NCBI GenBank assembly: GCA_048886185.1
Contig: JBHLKY010000023.1
Coordinates: 1 to 32,000 of the forward strand
DNA length: 32,000 nt
Origin: Candidatus Hermodarchaeota archaeon
Lineage (GTDB): Archaea; Asgardarchaeota; Heimdallarchaeia; Hodarchaeales; Hodarchaeaceae
Direction of reading: 5' to 3'
Part shown: in pieces, positions 1 through 7,988 of the stretch
How positions within the stretch are numbered: the first letter of the stretch is position 1
Layout of the letters: every line of letters starts with the position of its first letter
Translations under genes and position numbers: made by a program
The notes under the pieces: model-generated
What the model saw: only the letters and a program-made list of their open reading frames with translations
What the model was told of the DNA's origin: nothing
The model's database searches: none

Positions 1-2
1 CT

Positions 3-647
3 GCCATCACTGTTATGTTTCTTCTCCTTCCTCTGTTATTACATAGTAAGTATAAGATTCTCAGTTACTTAAGTATTGGAATTGGGTTTCATTGGAAATA
101 TATTTCTCTCATTCTCCTTCCTTATCTATTAATAATTGATTATGTTGAAAATAAACAGGTATTATTTGGATTTTTAACTGTTATCACTTCAATGATATTC
201 CTATCTTTTCCCCTACTCTTTTCACAATTTGTATTACGTTATTTCAGTTCATTTGGTAATTTAGAATTGTATTCTGGTCAAATTCCGTCAAATCCTCTAT
301 ATTTATTCTACCCTAGTATTTCCTCCCTACTATCCTCCCTCCTTCTGATTCTCGCCATACTGTACTGGGTAGGTATTTTTCCTCAAATTGATATGTCGAA
401 TATCAATATCCATGGGATTCTTGAACGGGTATATTGGTTCCCCTTTATTCTTCTTCTTGGTTTTCTTAAGATCTATGCTACTGCTTTTCCATGGTATTGG
501 ATGTGGTTTTACCCCTGCCTAATTATTCTCCCAAGAAAAATCCGAAGTTTATTCGCTGTTCTTTTAGGAGTTACATTTGCAATTGGACTTCTTGATTTTG
601 TTCAGATGACAGTAGGCTTTAAAACACTCATAGAACACTTTTTTTAA
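3..647 (+). CDS. Polytopic membrane protein, probably 5'-truncated by the window edge; possibly GT-C/GT87-like glycosyltransferase
   Basis: Frame is open to the window start and highly hydrophobic. GIGFHWKYISLILLPYL and YPWYWMW-like aromatic segments resemble GT-C membrane glycosyltransferases, but the family call is weak. Confidence 0.45.
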   Translation, partial: AITVMFLLLPLLLHSKYKILSYLSIGIGFHWKYISLILLPYLLIIDYVENKQVLFGFLTVITSMIFLSFPLLFSQFVLRYFSSFGNLELYSGQIPSNPLYLFYPSISSLLSSLLLILAILYWVGIFPQIDMSNINIHGILERVYWFPFILLLGFLKIYATAFPWYWMWFYPCLIILPRKIRSLFAVLLGVTFAIGLLDFVQMTVGFKTLIEHFF

Positions 648-664
648 GAAACAGTAATCATCCC

Positions 665-2017
665 CTATATTAAAATCTTACGTCCACGTGTAGAAAGCAA
701 TAATGGAATGTCTACTATTTCTCGGTACATCTCAGGGTGTTCTGTATGAATTGGGATCACTATTTGGGGACTGATCTCTTCTACTATTCGCTTTAAATCG
801 CTACGAGGGGCATGTCCAGATGCATGATACTGTTTAAATTCTAGACGGAAATGCTTGATCCATTCCATCATTCGGTTATAATCCAGTTCCCCTTGTTCAT
901 CAAAAGGATCCCCATGACTATAAAAATAGGTAGATTCATTAGGTTGTGGCTTAATATCAATTAAATCTGTTAATCTCCAAAATTCACAATGAAAAACATA
1001 CTCTGTTTGATCAAAATCTGGAGATTCAATCATATGGTATTTTTCACATAATTCACGCTCCCATTGAAAATAACGAGTCTTGGGACGCTTATAGATCTCG
1101 ATATTTGGATCAGCTAAAGAGGGAATCTCTAAGTGAGGATCATTTTGCAGTAGTTGAAGTAGATATGCCTGTTGCATGCTTATTAGAAGTTTTCGACCAT
1201 TTTCCTTAGAGGCTAAATAAAAGGATCTAAATCGATCAATGTCACGTAAGCTATAGTTAGCGATTGCTAATCCATTTGTTTCTTTGATTGCCTGGGAAAC
1301 ATCTTTTTGAACAGTTCTCTCTTCGGTCTCAAAATCTTCGTTGATGTTTGTTCCTTCTATCAGAAGTGTATTAAGGTTTTTTTTCCTAGCAAGATCAATA
1401 AAATCTTGTGTTAAATCTTTTCGGAATCCATGCAAGCGAATGTCTCCGCTGTATCCAATAGCTTGATCATTATAACTTTCAATAATAAATCCATAAGCTC
1501 CTGGAAGAGAATGATCAACGTGAACTGGAGTAACCTCAAGATCATTGATTTGAATCACGTCACCCGTCCTGAAAGTTCTTATATTTGAGGGATCATCTTC
1601 TGTAGCTTCTCTGATATATGGTCGGCCAAAACGAGGTCGTGTGGTGTCTTGGATCGATTGAATTATCGTGTTTGCAGTTTCTCCCATGAAAATAGGGATG
1701 TCTTCATGAAGCAAGTTTAAGTTCCCAAAATGGTCTAAATGTGCGTGAGATAGGAAACATGCGTTGATTGCCAGATTAGTGACATCCTCATTTGGAACAA
1801 ATTCTCGAGCATAAAGGCCTTCGATTCTCGGTACTATGTCGAACTCAAGGAAATCCTTAAGCCCTTGGGAAGTACGGGGGAGTAAAAATCCTGTAAAATA
1901 GGTGGCTTCTTGTTTGAATGATCTACCAAAATCTAATAGGATTCTTGAATCATTTATTTCTAAAAGGAAGGCGTTTCCACCAACCTCATTCACTCCCCCA
2001 TATGATGTGATGTACAT
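665..2017 (-). CDS. MBL-fold/beta-CASP metallo-hydrolase, RNase J-related (archaeal type)
   Basis: N-terminal YGGVNEVGGN and LLDFG; SHAHLDH metal motif, VDHSLPGA, YSGDIRLHG, HASGHA and PIHTEHP. ATG at 2017 is preferred over GTG 2029 because AAGGTGA (SD-like, overlapping the upstream stop) precedes it. Confidence 0.8.
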   Translation of the reverse strand: MYITSYGGVNEVGGNAFLLEINDSRILLDFGRSFKQEATYFTGFLLPRTSQGLKDFLEFDIVPRIEGLYAREFVPNEDVTNLAINACFLSHAHLDHFGNLNLLHEDIPIFMGETANTIIQSIQDTTRPRFGRPYIREATEDDPSNIRTFRTGDVIQINDLEVTPVHVDHSLPGAYGFIIESYNDQAIGYSGDIRLHGFRKDLTQDFIDLARKKNLNTLLIEGTNINEDFETEERTVQKDVSQAIKETNGLAIANYSLRDIDRFRSFYLASKENGRKLLISMQQAYLLQLLQNDPHLEIPSLADPNIEIYKRPKTRYFQWERELCEKYHMIESPDFDQTEYVFHCEFWRLTDLIDIKPQPNESTYFYSHGDPFDEQGELDYNRMMEWIKHFRLEFKQYHASGHAPRSDLKRIVEEISPQIVIPIHTEHPEMYREIVDIPLLLSTRGRKILI

Positions 2018-2025
2018 GAATGATA

Positions 2026-2826
2026 TCACCTTTTCTGGAAAATCAAAGCATAATGATGGTGTACATTTGGTACAAATGAATAAGGATAACCATACGGACG
2101 TAATGTTTTTTGGTTTTGTAACCAGATACGTTCCCCTAAAAATTGGTAATCTTGTTTTAAACCAAGTGCAACTTCAAAAGCCAGAGGATTAATCTCCCCT
2201 TTATCACGAATATTCTGGATAAAAATAATTAAATGACCACGATTTTTTAGAAGAATTTTAATTTGCTTAAATAAATTGATCAGTTCTCCAAGAAACGTGT
2301 CCTGATCCTCAATCATTCCGAGATCATTTGGGTGTTCTCCATATTGGAGATCTAATCCTTTTTGAAGCCGTTCTTGTTGATTATAATCCTTTTTCTTCTT
2401 TAATATTCGCCAATAGGGCGGTGAGGTGATACAGAGAGTAAATTCCATTCCATCAGCTATAAATAATGGGATGATCTCTCGAGCGTCTCCTTGATAAATG
2501 GGTAGGTTTGTCCGAGCTTGAGCTGTCTTTGAGTATTTTTCATAGAGTTCTATCCCAACTCCTTGTCGTCCACACTCATCACACGCAACTAATGTCGATC
2601 CTGTACCTACGAAAGGATCTAAAACCTTTTCACCTGGTTTTGTAAAAAATTCTATGAATTCTCGTATCATCGCAGGAGGAAATGAAGCGGGATGAAGGTC
2701 GATCTCATGTGAAATATCACTAGGTTTTCCATCAGCAATATACCATGATTTTGTAAAACGAATCCATTCCCGTCCTGTAAGGGCATTAAGCTTATTTCGG
2801 GGATCAATCTGTGACTCTTCGTCCAT
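2026..2826 (-). CDS. DNA amino-methyltransferase (likely N4-cytosine); motif I precedes motif IV
   Basis: HPASFP, motif I VLDPFVGTGST, GIELYEKY, then motif IV ITSPPY. SPPY is typical of m4C enzymes. Confidence 0.8.
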   Translation of the reverse strand: MDEESQIDPRNKLNALTGREWIRFTKSWYIADGKPSDISHEIDLHPASFPPAMIREFIEFFTKPGEKVLDPFVGTGSTLVACDECGRQGVGIELYEKYSKTAQARTNLPIYQGDAREIIPLFIADGMEFTLCITSPPYWRILKKKKDYNQQERLQKGLDLQYGEHPNDLGMIEDQDTFLGELINLFKQIKILLKNRGHLIIFIQNIRDKGEINPLAFEVALGLKQDYQFLGERIWLQNQKTLRPYGYPYSFVPNVHHHYALIFQKR

Positions 2827-2920
2827 TTCTATCCGCTATAGTACAATTGGGGTCTTGCTTAAAAATATTTAAACCATTCAATTTCCTTAGCATAATTATA
2901 CCTTTGGTTGTTGATGTGTC

Positions 2921-3568
2921 TTGAAACTTCAATGTGTGATCTTTGACATCGATGGTACTCTTGTGGACAACAGTGTTGACATTATTCGCTTATTTCAAAA
3001 GATTATGAAAAAATATCTGGATAAAGAAATGTCAGATCAAGAAGTTCTTTCTCTGTGGGGGCCTCCTGGTGATGAAATTTTTAGGAATGTTTTCCCTTCA
3101 GATCTAGTAGACCCTGCCTGGACGGAGTTCCTCCAAAGTTATCGTGAAATACATTCAACGACAGGATTTTTCACTAGAGATCAGTTGGTAAAAATAAAAA
3201 CTAATGTCCCCTACTTAACCATTTTCACCGGGAAGAGTAGAACTACAATGGGCATAACCTTAGAAAAATTAGGAATATTCGATCTTTTCGATCTTATATT
3301 GACTGGAAATGATGTCACTCGTTCAAAACCATATCCAGATGCGCTATATCGGACTGTTAGTACTTTTAACTTAAATAAAGATGAAACTCTTTTCATAGGA
3401 GATAGTCATCTAGATATTATGGCAGGAAAAGCGGCAGGGATAAAAACTGCTGCTGCTCTATGGGGAGCTGTTGAACCTCAAAGGTTATTAGAAAGTAGAC
3501 CTGATTATACTTTTGGTACTCCAAAGGAATTTATGGACTTCGTGCTTTCAGAAGACAGGTTTGCTTAA
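2921..3568 (+). CDS. HAD-superfamily phosphatase (Gph/PpaX-like)
   Basis: Motif I IFDIDGT, FTGK, KPYPD, FIGDSHLDIMAGKAAG; TTG start. Confidence 0.9.
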   Translation: MKLQCVIFDIDGTLVDNSVDIIRLFQKIMKKYLDKEMSDQEVLSLWGPPGDEIFRNVFPSDLVDPAWTEFLQSYREIHSTTGFFTRDQLVKIKTNVPYLTIFTGKSRTTMGITLEKLGIFDLFDLILTGNDVTRSKPYPDALYRTVSTFNLNKDETLFIGDSHLDIMAGKAAGIKTAAALWGAVEPQRLLESRPDYTFGTPKEFMDFVLSEDRFA

Positions 3569-5707
3569 ATGACTTCTAAATTAATTGAAGAAAAATTCCC
3601 TATCCTTGAGATAAGTAAGCTAGCTATCCCTGAGAGAAGTAGTTACAAACCTATATACCAGATTTCTAAGTGGTTTGCTCGACGTTCATCTTCTATATTC
3701 AGAGCGATTTTGTTGGGGTCAATACTTCCACCATCAGATGACCTCATGATGAATTTTTACCTTGACCATGACTTCTCAGATATAACTGTTCTCGATCCAT
3801 TCATGGGTGGGGGGACAACTATAATCGAAGGGTTACGATTAGGTTTAAGTTGTGTTGGTGTTGATATCAACCCAGTAGCTTGGTTCATTACAAAAACTGA
3901 AGCTGAAATGGTTGATTTAGGCGAACTTAAGAATTGGATAATGGATTGTGAGAAAAGGATTAAATCAAAAATCAAACAATGGTACTTAACTGAATGCCCA
4001 ATATGTCACCATCAAGCAGATATCATTTATACTCATTGGGTTAAATTGGTACCCTGTGAGAAATGTAAAAGTCAAGTTCCATTATTTCGAAACTTTATAG
4101 TCACCGCGAAAAAGGGAATTGCCACAATCTTATGTCCCTCCTGTGAAGCTATATTTGAGTATTCAGACTCGGTAAAAGGAGTACAAAGTTGTCCACAGTG
4201 CCAGTTCAAATTTAATCCCCTGAAAGGGAATCGGATCGGACGTAATGACTGTAGCTGCGCAAAATGTGGGAACATAACAAATATAATTGCCTTTCTCAAA
4301 AGGAATAAGAACCCTTTAGAAAGTAAATTATTCGCTATCGAGGGATATTGTTCAACTTGTGCCAATAACAATAATGAATTGTCTCCTCTTAAAACCACCC
4401 GATTTAAATTCATTAAAGCGGTTTCTAAACAGGATATTGATCTCTTCAACAAATCTAAAGAACAATGGAAACTTTATTCAGCTAAAATCCCATGGCCAAA
4501 AGATTTAATCCCCCTTGGAGTAGCTACGAAAACCCTTCATAATCATAACTATAAGAAATGGTCAGAATTATTCAATAGCCGTCAATTAATGGCTCTTACT
4601 ATGATTCTGGATTACATCCATAAGATTCCAGAGAGAATTTATCAAGAAATGTTTTTGGCTGCATTTGTAAATCTTCTTAACCATAATAATGTGTTCACAA
4701 GGTATTCTCCTAAAGGTCAGAAGGTAGAGGGAATCTTTGCTCGACATGATTTTCATCCTCTTTCAACATTTGCCGAAAACAATGTCTGGGGCACTAAATA
4801 TGGAAGAGGAACTTGGAGAAAATGTGTTAGGCAGCTCCTGAAAGGAAAGGAGTATAATCAAGCTCCTTATAATTATGTTCGGTACGAAAGTGATGGAGGA
4901 ATAACGAGAAAGAAGAAAACTTTTATTGGAAAAATTAATGGAAAAACGATTTCAGAATATGATGTAAATTTTCCTTCAGCTAAAAGCAATTTATTGCTTC
5001 TTTGCCAAGATGCAGAGGATCTTAAAGGGATTGCATTGTCTGTTGATCTCATCATTTCAGATCCACCATATGCTGATAATGTAAATTACTCTGAATTATC
5101 AGATTTTTTCTATGTATGGCTTCGATTGGTTCTTCAAAGTAGATATCCCTGGTTTTCTACAAATGAAACACCAAAGGATTCAGAAGCTATTATCAACCCA
5201 AATCGCCCCTTAAACTATTATGAGAAGTTAATTGAGATTCTTAAGGTCACGAAAGGGAAGCTTAAATCTAATGGATTATTAGTTTTCACATTTCATCACT
5301 CTGAGAAACAAACATGGTTTAAGCTAGCTGAGGTTATTACACAATCAGGATTCAGAGTAGTAAAGACGTATGCGATTCCGAGTGAAGCTCGAAATGTATT
5401 GAATATTCAAAAAAAGAAAGCTATTGCTTTTGATTTAATAATTGTATGTCGTTTTGATATACAAATACAACGCAAGATTATTTCCTTAGAGAAATTCAAA
5501 CAACTTTTCCTGAAATTTTATAAGAAAAGATTGGAATTATACAACATGGCAGATATTAAAGTAATGGATTATGATCATTTAGCTATTTATTCAGGGATTC
5601 TACTTGAAATGGATTCGAACTACCATGTTGTAAGTCATTCAGGGCACTACCTCTCTCAAAGTGAAATTTGGGAATACAGTTATGACCTAATGACTTCCTC
5701 CTTATAA
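3569..5707 (+). CDS. DUF1156/COG1743-type adenine-specific DNA methyltransferase with multiple Zn ribbons
   Basis: N-terminal LIEEKFP...KWFARR (DUF1156-like), motif I VLDPFMGGGT, motif IV SDPPYADNVNYSELSDFFYVWL, LVFTFHHS, and six CxxC pairs. ATG directly follows the HAD stop codon. Confidence 0.85.
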   Translation: MTSKLIEEKFPILEISKLAIPERSSYKPIYQISKWFARRSSSIFRAILLGSILPPSDDLMMNFYLDHDFSDITVLDPFMGGGTTIIEGLRLGLSCVGVDINPVAWFITKTEAEMVDLGELKNWIMDCEKRIKSKIKQWYLTECPICHHQADIIYTHWVKLVPCEKCKSQVPLFRNFIVTAKKGIATILCPSCEAIFEYSDSVKGVQSCPQCQFKFNPLKGNRIGRNDCSCAKCGNITNIIAFLKRNKNPLESKLFAIEGYCSTCANNNNELSPLKTTRFKFIKAVSKQDIDLFNKSKEQWKLYSAKIPWPKDLIPLGVATKTLHNHNYKKWSELFNSRQLMALTMILDYIHKIPERIYQEMFLAAFVNLLNHNNVFTRYSPKGQKVEGIFARHDFHPLSTFAENNVWGTKYGRGTWRKCVRQLLKGKEYNQAPYNYVRYESDGGITRKKKTFIGKINGKTISEYDVNFPSAKSNLLLLCQDAEDLKGIALSVDLIISDPPYADNVNYSELSDFFYVWLRLVLQSRYPWFSTNETPKDSEAIINPNRPLNYYEKLIEILKVTKGKLKSNGLLVFTFHHSEKQTWFKLAEVITQSGFRVVKTYAIPSEARNVLNIQKKKAIAFDLIIVCRFDIQIQRKIISLEKFKQLFLKFYKKRLELYNMADIKVMDYDHLAIYSGILLEMDSNYHVVSHSGHYLSQSEIWEYSYDLMTSSL

Positions 5708-5726
5708 AAAAGCTTTTGGGTTTAAA

Positions 5727-6491
5727 ATGTCTAGGGAATCAAATTATGAACTCATGATTGGAGATGTTCTCGAAACTCTACCATTAAAAGCAGAAAAACG
5801 GTTTTTTGATCTTATTATTGCTGATCCTCCTTTTGGAATTTCGTTTAATAAATCCAGCCATGAATATGGTGCTGAGGATTATGACTTATATCAAGATAAT
5901 TTTACACCTGAAACTTATTTTGAATTCTCCAAACAATGGATTCAAACCTGTTATAATGTATTAAATGTTAATGGGAGTCTTTACATAATATCTGGATGGA
6001 CTAATCTTCAATACATTCTGAATGCAATTAAACATACTAAGTTTCATATGTTGAACCATATAATTTGGCAGTTTACGTGGGGGGTTTATACCAAAAGACG
6101 ATATGCTACAAGCCATTATCACATTCTTCTATTGGTTAAAAATAAGAAAAATTATCAGTTTTACAAACAGAAACATTACGACGAGGACGTATTCTTTTGG
6201 CCAGATTATAATCGGGGAAATGATCCGCATCGTATAAAAGGACATCCATGCCAGTTGCCAATTGTACTCTTAAGGAAATTAATCCTCACCTCCAGTTCAC
6301 CTGGTGATCTTGTAGGAGACGTCTTTTCAGGAAGTGGAGGAACAATCCTGGCAGCGCGTCAAACATGTCGTGATGTAGTGGGATTTGAAATAAGAGAAGA
6401 ATATAAAGATATTATTTATCAGAAAGCCCGATTTGGAAAACTAGTGTCTCCCTCGGTTAAGCAATCTACTCTAGAAAGTTACCTAGAATGA
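5727..6491 (+). CDS. Beta-class N4/N6 DNA methyltransferase with a C-terminal PIP-box-like tail
   Basis: Motif IV IIADPPF near the N-terminus, IIW, HPCQLP, and motif I VGDVFSGSG near the C-terminus. Ends KQSTLESYLE*. Confidence 0.88.
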   Translation: MSRESNYELMIGDVLETLPLKAEKRFFDLIIADPPFGISFNKSSHEYGAEDYDLYQDNFTPETYFEFSKQWIQTCYNVLNVNGSLYIISGWTNLQYILNAIKHTKFHMLNHIIWQFTWGVYTKRRYATSHYHILLLVKNKKNYQFYKQKHYDEDVFFWPDYNRGNDPHRIKGHPCQLPIVLLRKLILTSSSPGDLVGDVFSGSGGTILAARQTCRDVVGFEIREEYKDIIYQKARFGKLVSPSVKQSTLESYLE

Positions 6492-6630
6492 GGAATCTCA
6501 TTAACTAGTCAATCACAGTGATAATTTGAAAAAAAAAAATAAAGCCATTTAATAAAACAGAATAAAGGCATTTTTAACAATTTTCTAGTTTCTATATGTT
6601 CTTATAGTGGAATAGTTGATTAAACTAACG

Positions 6631-7572
6631 ATGGCAATGGCTCAAGAAACAGATTTAGCGATCATTGGAGGAGGCCCAGCTGGTTTAACTGCTGCAATTT
6701 ACGGAGCTAGAATGGGTTTAAGGACTACAGTATTTGAAGCTGAGGAAATTGGGGGTGTTGCGCGAACAGCCAAAACAATCGAGAATTACCCCGGATTTAT
6801 AACGATTACTGGATCAGAATTAGTAGATAAGATGAAAGCCCAAGCTGAGCATTGTGGGGCTAAGATTATTCTTGATACCGTAGCTACAATTGATCATGCT
6901 AATATGATGATTACTACTTCAACGGATCAATGGAAAGCAGAAGCTATTATTGTTGCTACAGGATCAAAGCGTCGAAAGCTTGGATTGTCAAATGAAAAAG
7001 AACTTGAAGGGAGTGGGTTATCATACTGTGCTGTTTGTGATGGGCCAATTAACCGAGGAAATATAGTTGCTCTTGTTGGAGGCGGGAATACTGCAGCACA
7101 TGATGCTATCTATTTAGCTGGCGTAGCGAGAAAAGTTTTTCTAATTTATGAAGCTGATAAACTTGATGTCAATGAAACTATTGCAAGTCAAGTTTTTTCC
7201 CATACTGAGATTGTCCCAATGTTTAATTGTAAGATTGAAGAAGCTATAACAAAGCATGGGAATCTAAGAAAGCTAAGAGTGAAGAATCTTAAGACCACCG
7301 AAATATCGGAGATTCGGGTGAAAGCACTTTTTGTAGCAATTGGAGAAGATCCTTTCAAGCTAGCGACACTTATAGGAGTAGAAACAGAGATTTCTGGGAA
7401 TATTATTGTGAATAAGAACCAAGAAACTAGTGTTGATGGAATATATGCTGCTGGAGATGTCACAGGTGGGATTAAACAAATTGGAACCGCTGTTGGTGAG
7501 GGGATTGTCGCAGCACAGAGTGCAGGTTATTACATTAAAAGAAAAATTCGGATGAGGAAACAAACCAAATAG
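6631..7572 (+). CDS. trxB: Thioredoxin reductase (low-Mr, FAD-dependent)
   Basis: IIGGGPAGLTAAIY, IENYPG, ATGS, redox motif SYCAVCDG, VGGGNTA, GIYAAGDVTG. ATG at 6631 or 6637 is preferred to TTG 6616. Confidence 0.88.
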   Translation: MAMAQETDLAIIGGGPAGLTAAIYGARMGLRTTVFEAEEIGGVARTAKTIENYPGFITITGSELVDKMKAQAEHCGAKIILDTVATIDHANMMITTSTDQWKAEAIIVATGSKRRKLGLSNEKELEGSGLSYCAVCDGPINRGNIVALVGGGNTAAHDAIYLAGVARKVFLIYEADKLDVNETIASQVFSHTEIVPMFNCKIEEAITKHGNLRKLRVKNLKTTEISEIRVKALFVAIGEDPFKLATLIGVETEISGNIIVNKNQETSVDGIYAAGDVTGGIKQIGTAVGEGIVAAQSAGYYIKRKIRMRKQTK

Positions 7573-7627
7573 CTGAATATTATATTTCTGATAAAAATGT
7601 CAAACACTTTTCCGGAAGATGAACTAA

Positions 7628-7978
7628 ATGAATGATGGTAAATTTCCTGAGATAATAACTTCTCTTCCGCAAGCAGAGATTTCCATGGAAGGAGTTCAGG
7701 CCTGGATCGCTCAGGGAAGAGATTTTCAAATCGTTTTTTTTGAAATAGAACCAACAGGAGTTGTTCCTCCTCATAGCCATTCCGCTCAATGGGGAATCGT
7801 AGTAGAAGGAGAAATGTCTTTAACAATAGCAGGGGAAACAAAAAGATACAAAAAAGGAGATAATTATTTTATTCCTGAGGGTGTTATTCATCAAGCCGAA
7901 TTCCATACCCACTTTCGTGCTCTAGATTTTTTTGCTGACTCAGAACGTTATACTCCCAAAAAGAGTAATTCATACTAG
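7628..7978 (+). CDS. Cupin-2 domain protein
   Basis: PPHSH...QWGIVVEGEM and GDNYFIPEGVIH cupin metal-binding motifs. Confidence 0.9.
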   Translation: MNDGKFPEIITSLPQAEISMEGVQAWIAQGRDFQIVFFEIEPTGVVPPHSHSAQWGIVVEGEMSLTIAGETKRYKKGDNYFIPEGVIHQAEFHTHFRALDFFADSERYTPKKSNSY

Positions 7979-7988
7979 ATAATTAGCT

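Noticed and set aside
5650-5707. Second PIP-like motif (QSEIWEYS) at the M2 C-terminus
   Set aside because: Only a partial match, with Ser at position 8, and it lies within an apparently helical region rather than a free tail.
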